Virus record (IMG/VR): IMGVR_UViG_3300048670_001593
Coordinates: 14,718 to 78,717 of that record
Origin: a virus
Lineage: Duplodnaviria; Caudoviricetes
Direction: 5' to 3' (one strand)
DNA length: 64,000 nt
Below, piece by piece: positions 18,420 through 27,833 of this stretch. Below the pieces are notes generated by a model, which saw only the letters and a program-made list of their open reading frames with translations, had not been told where the DNA came from and searched no databases. Numbering within the stretch: position 1 is the stretch's first letter; each line of letters starts with the position of its first letter. A program made the translations under genes and the position numbers.

Positions 18420-18466
18420 AGTAGCAAGACTGGTTATCCACGACCGTAATAACTCGGAGAAATTGA

Positions 18467-19279
18467 ATGCCTAACTATGCTTCACCTGAAGAACAAAAAA
18501 TAGAAAATCTTAGATCAAACAAACTGGTACAAGAAGCACCCTATCATCCCGGCTACGAAGATGCAGTGGTTGGCGACAAAGGCTATGAAGAGGCCAATCT
18601 GGCAGATGCTATTCGCTTCCGAATGCAACGTGACCGGAAACGTTTTTGGGCTGGCGACAACATCAGCGACTATTTGCATGACGGTGATAAAGAAATCTTA
18701 ATCAACGAAGCTACAGAAGCATTTGAACGAGTATTAGACACTTTGCTGATCGATCGTGAAACAGATCCTAACTCAAGGGGCACAGCACGTCGTCTCGCTA
18801 AAATGTATTTTAATGAAATTATGGGAGGTCGATATGATCCTGCTCCATGCGCCACGGCCTTCCCCAACGACAGTCAGGAACGCTACGAGGGCATGCTGGT
18901 GGTGCGCAGTGAACTGCGTAGTATGTGCAGTCACCATCATCAGCCAGTCAGCGGTGTGGCCTACATTGGTATCATTGCCGCACAAAAGTTGATTGGTCTC
19001 AGCAAGTACACGCGGATTGCCCAGTGGTGCGCCCGTCGTGGCACTCTGCAGGAAGAACTCTGCAATGATATTGCCCGAGAGATCCAGAAAGCCACTGGCA
19101 GCGAAAACGTTGCTGTTTACATACAGGCCACACATGGCTGCTGTGAAAACAGGGGGATAATGGCACACAGCAGTCTGACACAGACCACAGTGCTCAAAGG
19201 CTCATTTTACAGTGATCCCGGCACCAAGAAAGAATTTTTTGATAACATCAAGTTGCAACAAGAGTTTGCTCCCAGGTAA
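18467..19279 (+). CDS. folE: GTP cyclohydrolase I
   Basis: SMCSHHHQP, IGLSKYTRI, RRGTLQEEL, ATHGCCENRG. Confidence 0.95.
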   Translation: MPNYASPEEQKIENLRSNKLVQEAPYHPGYEDAVVGDKGYEEANLADAIRFRMQRDRKRFWAGDNISDYLHDGDKEILINEATEAFERVLDTLLIDRETDPNSRGTARRLAKMYFNEIMGGRYDPAPCATAFPNDSQERYEGMLVVRSELRSMCSHHHQPVSGVAYIGIIAAQKLIGLSKYTRIAQWCARRGTLQEELCNDIAREIQKATGSENVAVYIQATHGCCENRGIMAHSSLTQTTVLKGSFYSDPGTKKEFFDNIKLQQEFAPR

Positions 19280-19282
19280 GCC

Positions 19283-19311
19283 TTGACAACCGGCGTAAAT
19301 AGTGTTACTAT
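19283..19311 (+). promoter_or_regulatory. sigma70-type promoter with embedded GTAAATA
   Basis: TTGACA-N17-TACTAT. Confidence 0.7.
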
Positions 19312-19341
19312 TTGACTGTCGTTAACAACTCTGGAGCAAAT

Positions 19342-21369
19342 ATGAAGTTCACTAAAATTGTAGCTGCACTGATGGCAGCTGGTGTCGTTGCCAGTGCTGC
19401 GCAGGCCGAAACGCTAAATTTAACTCCCTATAACACTGCAGAATACACTGCCAACACCATCAGTGTGGGCAAGGCCGACGATGACTTTCTCCGAGCCATT
19501 AACGCCAACGCAGCCTGGGCCCGTGGATATACTGGTCGGGGAGTGCTGGCTCTGGTCATGGACACTGGCATCAATGCCAACCACAGTGAGTTTATTGGCC
19601 GTATTGCCTACAATCGAGACTTCATCAATAGCAAGAACGGTACCAGGGACGTCTCAGGCCATGGTACCAATATTGCTGGACTGATTGCAGCCAACTGGGA
19701 CGGCGTGGGCATGGCTGGTGTGGCACCCGATGCCAAATTGGCCATTGCCAAAATCTCAGACGGAGTTGGCGTTAACATGACCCAAGCACGATATGCCATG
19801 CAGTGGGCAGACGGACTTGGTGCAGTGGTGGGCAACCTCAGCACCAACATGGCCTATGAGACGTCCTTCCTGAAGAATTTTGTCAAATTGTCGGACGGTC
19901 GATACTATAACACTGATTCCCGTTACCTGGGTCGTTACTATGGCGGCGAAGATCCTGGCATGTGGGCCAAGTATCTGGGCAAGGACATGATTCTTGTGAA
20001 TTCTGCTGGCAATAGCAACTTACCATATCCGCAACTGCCTGGCACTTTGGCCAAGGCAGTGGATGCCAAGGGCAACCTGGTGCTGGGTGGTCGAATGATT
20101 ATTGTGGGTGCCTGGAATCTGCAAACCAATGCTGTGTCTGGTTACAGCAACCGTGCTGGTGACATCTGCATGACTGTGCAGAATGGCGCATGTCAGGACA
20201 AATATCGAATCAGCGATTTTTATATCCTGGCCCCGGGCAATGACTTTGGTCCTGACAAGGCCACCAATGGCTATAAGTTGTTCACCGGTACCAGTCAGGC
20301 CGCAGGTGTGGTCACTGGCGCAGTGGCGGTCATCAGTCAGATGTGGCCCAACATGCGGGGCGAAAACATTGTTAAACTGCTGATGGTCACGGCCAATAAG
20401 GATCTACCCAACTATAATGTCAATGTCATGGGCCAGGGCCTGTTGGATCTGGAAAAAGCCACTCGACCCTATGGTGTGGTGGGAATCCCCACCACTGGGC
20501 GTACCAAATCTGCGGTTAGTGGTGTTGTCACCAGTGCAGGCTTGAGTTCCATTAACAGTAAACTCAGCAGCGTCATGGTCACTGACAGTTTTGATCGTGA
20601 CTTCTATGTGGATCTGAGCCGGACCACACAGAAACCACTGGACACCTTCAACCCAGTGGCTCGCCTGGACTTTTACCAGGACTACAATCCCTTCAATCGT
20701 CTGAATGCATTTACTTTTAGTCGTCAGGCTGTTGCTGGCAATACCACTGTCAAGTTGAGTGCCAACGATCAGTTGGGTACTGCCATGCTGAGCATGAACA
20801 ACACCTGGGTATCCCAAGCTGGATATGCTCTGGGGTTTACTGGTGGCATGCTGAACGAGCGGGGTGCCTGGGCAGGCAACAACATTGGCGGCAGTTTGGG
20901 CAATGTGGACAACAGTTACACAACATTTATTGGCGCCAATGCCAGTTACGGTCTAAATAATACCGACAGCGTGTTTGGTCATGTGTATGTGGCTGCAACT
21001 CAGGCAGCACTCAATCGTGGGCTGGTGAGTGACATCAGCACCACCTACAGTTACAGTTGGAGTTTGGGGTTGGATCACACCCAAGATCAGCACAGTGTGG
21101 GCGCAGTTGTAAGTCAACCAGTAACTGTGGTCAACGGCAGCATGGAACTGGCAATTCCCAAAGGTTATGATGCCAACGGCAACATCCGCTGGGACCGCAG
21201 CACAGTCAGTGCAGTCAGTGGCACACAAGAGTATGACCTGGGTGTATACTATAAGTTCAAGTCTGATGATGTTCGCGTGACCATGTATGCAGAACATCAG
21301 ATCAACTACTTGAATCAGGCCGGTGCCAACCGGAATGTCCTGGGGCTGGGCGTTTCGATGCAGTTTTAA
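19342..21369 (+). CDS. Secreted subtilisin-family (S8) serine protease with a beta-barrel/autotransporter-like C-terminus
   Basis: Signal peptide MKFTKIVAALMAAGVVASAAQA; triad DTG, HGT, GTSQA; oxyanion NSAGN; alternating beta-strands ending in terminal Phe. Confidence 0.85.
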   Translation: MKFTKIVAALMAAGVVASAAQAETLNLTPYNTAEYTANTISVGKADDDFLRAINANAAWARGYTGRGVLALVMDTGINANHSEFIGRIAYNRDFINSKNGTRDVSGHGTNIAGLIAANWDGVGMAGVAPDAKLAIAKISDGVGVNMTQARYAMQWADGLGAVVGNLSTNMAYETSFLKNFVKLSDGRYYNTDSRYLGRYYGGEDPGMWAKYLGKDMILVNSAGNSNLPYPQLPGTLAKAVDAKGNLVLGGRMIIVGAWNLQTNAVSGYSNRAGDICMTVQNGACQDKYRISDFYILAPGNDFGPDKATNGYKLFTGTSQAAGVVTGAVAVISQMWPNMRGENIVKLLMVTANKDLPNYNVNVMGQGLLDLEKATRPYGVVGIPTTGRTKSAVSGVVTSAGLSSINSKLSSVMVTDSFDRDFYVDLSRTTQKPLDTFNPVARLDFYQDYNPFNRLNAFTFSRQAVAGNTTVKLSANDQLGTAMLSMNNTWVSQAGYALGFTGGMLNERGAWAGNNIGGSLGNVDNSYTTFIGANASYGLNNTDSVFGHVYVAATQAALNRGLVSDISTTYSYSWSLGLDHTQDQHSVGAVVSQPVTVVNGSMELAIPKGYDANGNIRWDRSTVSAVSGTQEYDLGVYYKFKSDDVRVTMYAEHQINYLNQAGANRNVLGLGVSMQF

Positions 21370-21391
21370 AATCCTGACTTGGGAGAAGTCA

Positions 21392-21925
21392 ATGAACAAA
21401 GAATATTACAATTTTGATGACGTAAAAAAGCTGACCCAGGAAATTCTACGGCAGATCTCACTGGACGACTGGCGGCCAGATTATATCGTGGGCATTACCC
21501 GAGGCGGAGCCGTGCCTGCAGTGTTGCTGAGTCAGTATCTGAAAGTTCCCATGAACGCACTCAAGGTTAGTTTGCGGGATCATGCAGCTACAGAAAGCAA
21601 CTGTTGGATGGCTGAAGATGCATTTGGATATGAATATAACGATGCGCCGGCATCAGGTAATAGCAAAAAGAATATACTGATTGTGGATGATATCAACGAC
21701 AGTGGTGCAACGTTCAATTGGATCGTTGCAGACTGGCAAGCCAATTGTTTGCCCGATGATCCGCAATGGTCAGATGTCTGGAACAACAATGTGCGATTTG
21801 CAGTATTGGTGGACAACCTCAGCAGCAATTTCCAGGGCGTAGTTCGTTATGCTGGTGCAGAAATCAACAAGGCCGAGGCAGATGTCTGGATCAATTTTCC
21901 CTGGGAAGATTGGTGGCGCACCTAA
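21392..21925 (+). CDS. Type I purine phosphoribosyltransferase (Gpt-like)
   Basis: IVGITRGG and LIVDDINDSGAT PRPP-binding loop; FPWE terminus. Confidence 0.85.
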   Translation: MNKEYYNFDDVKKLTQEILRQISLDDWRPDYIVGITRGGAVPAVLLSQYLKVPMNALKVSLRDHAATESNCWMAEDAFGYEYNDAPASGNSKKNILIVDDINDSGATFNWIVADWQANCLPDDPQWSDVWNNNVRFAVLVDNLSSNFQGVVRYAGAEINKAEADVWINFPWEDWWRT

Positions 21926-22167
21926 TGGAATATCATATCAAAACTGACTTCAACTGGTGGCTAAAATGGTTGGCCTGTTGCGTGACATTGATTGCCGCAG
22001 GGTTGACCAGTGCTGGGTTAGACCCGTATAATGTTTATTTGCTAAACTTAGGCGCTACACTATATCTGATATGGAGTATTCGCATAAAAGAATGGAGCCT
22101 GGTGGTCATTAACGCTGGGCTAATCGCCATTTATTGTGCAGGCACATTGTACAGAATCTTGAACTAA
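21925..22167 (+). CDS. Small membrane protein
   Basis: TAATG coupling with the upstream gene; 80 aa, three hydrophobic segments. Confidence 0.6.
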   Translation: MEYHIKTDFNWWLKWLACCVTLIAAGLTSAGLDPYNVYLLNLGATLYLIWSIRIKEWSLVVINAGLIAIYCAGTLYRILN

Positions 22168-22193
22168 ATCTGAGGCGAAGCGATCGTAATCAA

Positions 22194-23042
22194 ATGAAAC
22201 TAAAAGTAAGTGAAATATTTTATAGTGCACAAGGTGAGGGGCGCTTTGTTGGCGTTCCCAGTGTGTTTTTAAGAACTTTTGGCTGTAATTTTACCTGTGG
22301 CGGATTTGGTATGCCGGCGGGTAGTTGCAGCACCGAACGCAATGATGTTCGAGTAGAACTATACGAAAGGTATGAAGATCTACCACTGGTCAATACAGGT
22401 TGCGACAGTTATGCCAGTTGGGACCCCAGGTTCAAGCATCTGAGCCCAACCCTGGATGTCGATGAAGTGGTCAATCGCATGGTTGATCTGACCCCGCAAA
22501 AACGCTGGATATGCAGCAATGGCAACGACGTCCATCTGGTGATCACAGGTGGTGAGCCCTTGCTGGGCTGGCAACGTGCCTATACTGAATTGCTGGAACA
22601 TCACAAGATGTTGGACCTTTGGAATCTGACATTTGAAACCAATGGCACACAAGAGTTGCACGACGATTTTAGAGAAACTCTCATGGCCTGGCAACGGGAA
22701 GGCCCAGAAGTGACCTTCAGTGTCAGTGCCAAACTCAGTGCCAGTGGAGAAACACGTGAAGCTGCAATCCGACCCGAAATCGTCAAGAGTTATCAGGAGG
22801 TGGGACACACTTATCTAAAATTCGTCGTGGCTACTCCTGAAGACTTTGCAGAAGTTGATGATGTGGTGGAAGAGTATCTGGATCATGGATTCCAGGGTTC
22901 CGTATACGTCATGCCCGTGGGTGGTGTAATTGAGGTGTATCATGCCAACATGACCGCGGTGGCAGATGAGGCCATGCGTCGAGGTTATTATTTTAGTCCA
23001 AGATTGCACACCACATTGTGGGGTAATGCCTGGGGCAAGTAA
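22194..23042 (+). CDS. queE: 7-carboxy-7-deazaguanine synthase (radical SAM)
   Basis: SEIFYSAQGEG, FLRTFGCNFTC...GCDS, ITGGEPL, ETNGT, SPRLH..LWGN. Confidence 0.92.
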   Translation: MKLKVSEIFYSAQGEGRFVGVPSVFLRTFGCNFTCGGFGMPAGSCSTERNDVRVELYERYEDLPLVNTGCDSYASWDPRFKHLSPTLDVDEVVNRMVDLTPQKRWICSNGNDVHLVITGGEPLLGWQRAYTELLEHHKMLDLWNLTFETNGTQELHDDFRETLMAWQREGPEVTFSVSAKLSASGETREAAIRPEIVKSYQEVGHTYLKFVVATPEDFAEVDDVVEEYLDHGFQGSVYVMPVGGVIEVYHANMTAVADEAMRRGYYFSPRLHTTLWGNAWGK

Positions 23043-23063
23043 GATTTAATATTAAAGGAAAAT

Positions 23064-24167
23064 ATGAGTTATTTGTTTACATCGGAATCAGTAAGTGAAG
23101 GGCATCCAGACAAGGTGGCAGATGCCATCAGTGACACTGTGGTGGACTATTTTATGGAACGGCAGGATAAGTCACAACGCTGCGCTTGTGAGACCATGGT
23201 CACCACCAATCGCGTGATCATTGCTGGAGAATACAAAGGCGATTTTGATGCCGGTGTAGTAGAACACAGAATTCGCGAATGTGTCAGAGGGATTGGCTAT
23301 GAACAATCGGGATTTGATTGGTCCAAGTTGGAATTTACCAACCTCATGCACGGGCAGAGCGCAGACATTGCCCTGGGCACAGACACATTTGGTGCCGGCG
23401 ATCAGGGGCTGATGTTTGGTTATGCCTGCCGAGAGACTGCAGAGTTCATGCCGGCTGCCATCTATTACAGTCACAAAATTGTAGAGAAACTGGCAGAACT
23501 GCGTAAAAGTTCTGCTGAATACGCCTGGTTGGGCCCAGATGCCAAGGCACAAGTAACCCTGGAGTATGAATCGGTGTCAGGATTGGATGTGCCACAGCAC
23601 GCCACCAAAATTGTATGTTCCACACAGCATGCCGACACCGTGGATATTCAGACAGTCCGAGCACGAGTTCAAGAGGTCATTCAACAACTCATGCCAAATC
23701 TGATTGATACCAACACTGAGTTTCTGATCAACCCCACTGGTAGATTTGTCATTGGTGGCCCCGATGGAGACTGTGGTGTCACTGGACGCAAGATCATTGT
23801 GGACACTTACGGTGGATATGCTCCACACGGTGGTGGTGCATTTAGTGGCAAGGACCCCACCAAGGTGGATCGCTCAGCAGCATACATGATGCGTTATATT
23901 GCCAAAAATATTGTGGCATCAGGTCAGGCCGACTGGGCCACTTGTCAGATTAGCTATGCCATTGGTGTGGCAGAACCCATGAGTTTTTACATTGAAAGCA
24001 ATGGAGACAGCCAAGGCCTGACGCAATGGATCCGGGCCAACGTTGACTTGACTCCAGCCGGCATTATTGATCGATTTGACTTGTTTCGACCTATCTATCA
24101 CAACACCGTAAATTACGGGCATTTTGGCAAAAAAGACTTGCCCTGGGAACAGATTAATTTATTCTGA
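23064..24167 (+). CDS. metK: S-adenosylmethionine synthetase
   Basis: FTSESVSEGHPDK, GAGDQG, GGGAFSGKD..KVDRSAAY. Confidence 0.97.
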   Translation: MSYLFTSESVSEGHPDKVADAISDTVVDYFMERQDKSQRCACETMVTTNRVIIAGEYKGDFDAGVVEHRIRECVRGIGYEQSGFDWSKLEFTNLMHGQSADIALGTDTFGAGDQGLMFGYACRETAEFMPAAIYYSHKIVEKLAELRKSSAEYAWLGPDAKAQVTLEYESVSGLDVPQHATKIVCSTQHADTVDIQTVRARVQEVIQQLMPNLIDTNTEFLINPTGRFVIGGPDGDCGVTGRKIIVDTYGGYAPHGGGAFSGKDPTKVDRSAAYMMRYIAKNIVASGQADWATCQISYAIGVAEPMSFYIESNGDSQGLTQWIRANVDLTPAGIIDRFDLFRPIYHNTVNYGHFGKKDLPWEQINLF

Positions 24168-24176
24168 GGATCTGAT

Positions 24177-24617
24177 ATGATTGACAACAGTGATGCGCCA
24201 AGAAGTATGTCGGCAGACTTGTTTAAGACTAAAAAAGTCGATGCTGATCCCAAAGCCAAATCCCCACGCCGACCCAGGGAAAAAAAATCCGAGAAACAGA
24301 CTGTCAAAAATGAAAATATTTCTGCCAAGGATCGGGCATCGGCTGCAGGAGAGCCATACATTGTTATCCTCAGTATTGATGTCGATGCCAATGATCCTGG
24401 TCAAGGTGCATTTGAGTTGGATTGGAATGACATCTTTGTGGCCAGACTGATCAAGGCCGGATATCAGGGCAAGACTGATCAGGACATTGTGGACAATTGG
24501 TTCCGCACTGTTTGTAGAAATGTCCTGATGGAGACTTACGAACAAGAGATGGCTGACCCCGAAAAGCGATCCAGCAATCGACGTAATTTGGGCAACGGCA
24601 GGACTGAGATTTCATGA
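24177..24617 (+). CDS. Conserved phage hypothetical protein
   Basis: 146 aa; GAFELDWND.FV..L..AGY.G; operon-like spacing. Confidence 0.65.
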   Translation: MIDNSDAPRSMSADLFKTKKVDADPKAKSPRRPREKKSEKQTVKNENISAKDRASAAGEPYIVILSIDVDANDPGQGAFELDWNDIFVARLIKAGYQGKTDQDIVDNWFRTVCRNVLMETYEQEMADPEKRSSNRRNLGNGRTEIS

Positions 24618-25279
24618 TACTGTATGTCAATGGCGACAGTCATTCCTACGGCACAGATGCCGGAGGCCCTGATTTTTGTTACGGAAAAATATTGGCCCAT
24701 CGATTGGGTGCAACATTCCATTTAGATGCAACTCCTGCGGCAAGTAATACCAAAATCATACGAACCACCAGGGAATATCTGAAAACACATCGACCCGACG
24801 CAATGATTATTGGCTGGAGCACCTGGGAAAGAACCGAGTATTTGTATGACAATGAGTATTATCAATTCACCGGCGGAAATGGTAATCGACCACACTGGCC
24901 CGACGAAGTCAAAGAACAATATAAAAAATTTGTTATTAATGCATCCAACGATTTCCATAACAATGAGTATCTGGCACATGAAGAAATATGGAATTTCTAT
25001 AATGAAATAAAAAATTATAATATTCCCTTTGTCTTTTTCAATTGCTATGCAAATTTTAAACATGTAGTTGCATATGGAAAACCCCAATTTGAATGGGGCA
25101 GTGAATATATCAATCCATATGATGAAAATTTCACCTACTATTTTTGGTTGAAAAATCAGGGGTATCAGCCCAGTAATCCCAAATTTGACCACTATGGTGC
25201 CGATGGTCAGGCATCCTGGGCAGATTTTTTGTTTCCATATTTGACAGCACAGATAGAATCCAGTAAAATTAACAAATGA
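24614..25279 (+). CDS. SGNH/GDSL-like protein
   Basis: YVNGDSHSYG, ASNTKIIRTT, IIGWSTWER, DHYGADGQASWA. Confidence 0.7.
   Translation: MILYVNGDSHSYGTDAGGPDFCYGKILAHRLGATFHLDATPAASNTKIIRTTREYLKTHRPDAMIIGWSTWERTEYLYDNEYYQFTGGNGNRPHWPDEVKEQYKKFVINASNDFHNNEYLAHEEIWNFYNEIKNYNIPFVFFNCYANFKHVVAYGKPQFEWGSEYINPYDENFTYYFWLKNQGYQPSNPKFDHYGADGQASWADFLFPYLTAQIESSKINK
25241..25269 (+). promoter_or_regulatory. sigma70-type promoter for the RNase H gene
   Basis: TTGACA-N17-TAAAAT. Confidence 0.65.
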
Positions 25280-26286
25280 GATACCTACTTGTAGACACTG
25301 CCAACACTTTCTTCCGTGCCCGACATTCAGCACATCGCCAGAGTGACACCTGGGATAAGCTGGGGTTCGCTGTGCATATGACTCTGGCCAGCATCAATAA
25401 AAGCTGGAGAGACCAGCGAGCCGATCATGTGGTGTTCTGTCTGGAGGGACGTAGTTGGCGCAAGGACTATTACGAACCCTACAAGAAGAATCGAGCAGTG
25501 GCCAGAGCCGCCCTGACTGAGTCCGAGGCCGAGGAGGATCGACTGTTCTGGGAGACATTTGATGCACTTAAGACTTTTATCCAGGAAAAAACGAATTGCA
25601 CTGTACTACAGCATCCGTCGCTGGAAGCAGATGATCTCATTGCTGGCTTCATCGCCAGTCATCCAGCAGATCATCATACTATTATCAGTAGCGATACTGA
25701 CTACTATCAGTTACTGGCGGAAAATGTAAATCAGTACAACGGCATCACTGATGAACTGCATACCCTGGAAGGCATCTTTGATAAGCGTGGCCGTCTGGTG
25801 ATTGACAAAAAGACCAATGAACCCAAAAAAATCCCCGATCCCAAATTTATTTTGTTTGAAAAGTGCATGCGGGGTGATGCCACCGACAACATCTTTAGTG
25901 CATACCCCGGGGTCAGAACCCGTGGCACCAAGAACAAGGTGGGGTTGGAAGAAGCCTATGCCGACCGAGACCGTCAGGGCTATGCCTGGAACAACCTGAT
26001 GTTGCAACGCTGGACTGACCACAATGGACAGGAACACCGTGTGCTGGATGATTACGAACGCAATCGTACCCTGGTGGATTTGACTGCGCAGCCCGATCAT
26101 GTCAAAGTTATGATTGCAGAAACCATTGCCCAGGCCAGTCTGACCAAGAATACACCCATGGTGGGGGCACAGTTTTTGAAATTTTGTGGTCGTTACGATC
26201 TGGTTAAACTCAGTGAAAATGCCAGCAGTTTTGCAGAATGGCTGGGCGCAAGTTATCCAGATTCGGCAATCAAACAGTCAGCATAA
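25276..26286 (+). CDS. T4 RNase H-like 5'-3' exonuclease (PIN/FEN fold)
   Basis: LLVDTAN, WRKDYY..YK.NR, EADDLI, SSDTDYYQL, RGDATDNI. Confidence 0.9.
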   Translation: MRYLLVDTANTFFRARHSAHRQSDTWDKLGFAVHMTLASINKSWRDQRADHVVFCLEGRSWRKDYYEPYKKNRAVARAALTESEAEEDRLFWETFDALKTFIQEKTNCTVLQHPSLEADDLIAGFIASHPADHHTIISSDTDYYQLLAENVNQYNGITDELHTLEGIFDKRGRLVIDKKTNEPKKIPDPKFILFEKCMRGDATDNIFSAYPGVRTRGTKNKVGLEEAYADRDRQGYAWNNLMLQRWTDHNGQEHRVLDDYERNRTLVDLTAQPDHVKVMIAETIAQASLTKNTPMVGAQFLKFCGRYDLVKLSENASSFAEWLGASYPDSAIKQSA

Positions 26287-26296
26287 AGGAAAAGTC

Positions 26297-26782
26297 ATGG
26301 CAAAATTCTACTCAACAAAAACTTACGGAAACGACCGTGGTTTATCATGCTGTTTTAGACAATGGCGCGCCACCCATAGCCACTGCTCAACACTACATGG
26401 ATACTCAATCGGTATTAAGCTGATATTTGAATGTGACACGCTAGACGACAAAAACTGGTGTATGGACTTTGGCGGTCTTAAAGAATTCAAAGCCTGGGCA
26501 GATCATATGTTTGATCACACTCTAGTAATTGCAGAAGACGATCCCTATCTGGATACATTCCAAAAGCTGAACGCTATTACTGGCGGGTTCGAAGACAGCG
26601 GACTGTGCAATCTACGCATTGTACCAGGAGTAGGCTGTGAAATGTTTGCTAAGATGTGCTACGATAAAATGGCTGAACTATTGTCATCTGGAGGCATGCG
26701 TTATCCCATCAACCCCACAGTAAGAGTCAAATCAGTTGAAGTATTTGAACACGGTGCCAACTCGGCCACTTACGAAGGATAA
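26297..26782 (+). CDS. queD: 6-carboxy-5,6,7,8-tetrahydropterin synthase
   Basis: HCSTLHGY, MDFGGLK, FDHT, GCEMFA, VFEHGANSA; start at ATG 26297 after AAGGA. Confidence 0.85.
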   Translation: MAKFYSTKTYGNDRGLSCCFRQWRATHSHCSTLHGYSIGIKLIFECDTLDDKNWCMDFGGLKEFKAWADHMFDHTLVIAEDDPYLDTFQKLNAITGGFEDSGLCNLRIVPGVGCEMFAKMCYDKMAELLSSGGMRYPINPTVRVKSVEVFEHGANSATYEG

Positions 26783-26785
26783 TCA

Positions 26786-27274
26786 ATGACTCTGCTAGCC
26801 AAACCTGTGGTCAAAAACAAATGCTGGGTGGTTGAAAAAGACGGTGAAAAATACGGGTCAATTCTGGCCAACGACTACGAGGTTGTGCTGGTGCATGGCA
26901 ACCAGCGGGAGCGTTTTTCCAACCTAAAAATGCTGAAAGATCGGTACAATATCGTCCTGGATTCTGCCTCCCCTGCCAAAATCAATAACACAACCACTTC
27001 AGATGTATACGGATACCCTTGTCAGGGTCGGGCACGAAACATACTCTGGGAAGTTCAAAAAAAGTTGCCGCTCTACACCAAAGATACAAAATCAAAAAGT
27101 TTCTTCTGTGCTGGATACTATATAGTGAAACTAAACAACATCTGGGAAGGGGCATTCTGTCCCAAACTGATTACTCTAAATCGCTATCCTTTTCAGGGTC
27201 CATTTAAGACTACAGAACAGATGCAGGCAGCACTGGCACAACAACACGAGGCAGATCATGGAATCTCAGTTTAG
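26786..27274 (+). CDS. Conserved phage hypothetical protein
   Basis: 162 aa in operon; FCAGYY, CPKLITL.RYP..GPFKT. Confidence 0.65.
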   Translation: MTLLAKPVVKNKCWVVEKDGEKYGSILANDYEVVLVHGNQRERFSNLKMLKDRYNIVLDSASPAKINNTTTSDVYGYPCQGRARNILWEVQKKLPLYTKDTKSKSFFCAGYYIVKLNNIWEGAFCPKLITLNRYPFQGPFKTTEQMQAALAQQHEADHGISV

Positions 27275-27479
27275 TTTACACATCAAGGCATTCAACAATC
27301 GCATCAAGGTCATGAATCAGACCAATGCCAGAGATCTGACCCTGACCAAACTTGAAGCTCAAAATTTGCAAGCAGATATTTTTGAACTTCTGACACAGAT
27401 TGCTGAGCTTACTAAAATTCAGGAACAGAAACAAGACGAAGCCACGGTGAATGTGGACTTCGATGGTGGGGAATTTTAA
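27258..27479 (+). CDS. Hypothetical protein
   Basis: 73 aa, ends DGGEF; overlaps the upstream gene. Confidence 0.6.
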   Translation: MESQFSLHIKAFNNRIKVMNQTNARDLTLTKLEAQNLQADIFELLTQIAELTKIQEQKQDEATVNVDFDGGEF

Positions 27480-27504
27480 TACGCGTAGTTAATTGGTTCT
27501 CAAG

Positions 27505-27512
27505 CATAAATA
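27505..27512 (+). promoter_or_regulatory. T4-type late promoter candidate
   Basis: CATAAATA in the intergenic gap upstream of ATG 27544. Confidence 0.5.
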
Positions 27513-27543
27513 ATGTGTAACAATAAGAAAGAAATTACACATT

Positions 27544-27831
27544 ATGTCCAGACCCAAGCCCACGGTATTGATTGAGCACGTAAACAAAACCAACTACAAG
27601 AGCGATCAGATTCTGAGTAGTGAAGGCATCTGGGCCGTATTCTACGACAATCAACCCATCAATCTCAAAACACAGAATATTCTGGTTTCCTATCCAGGCC
27701 CCAAGTACAAGAAAACCAGTTTCAGTAATCCTGGCCACGCCATCAACCTTGCCAAGAAGCTCAACACATTGTTTAAAACTGACAAGTTTACTGTGGTGCT
27801 GCTCCGACAAGGCGATCAAATTTTCCCCTGA
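27544..27831 (+). CDS. Conserved phage hypothetical protein
   Basis: MSRPKPTVL...GPKYKKTSFSNPGHA.NLAKKLN. Confidence 0.7.
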   Translation: MSRPKPTVLIEHVNKTNYKSDQILSSEGIWAVFYDNQPINLKTQNILVSYPGPKYKKTSFSNPGHAINLAKKLNTLFKTDKFTVVLLRQGDQIFP

Positions 27832-27833
27832 CC

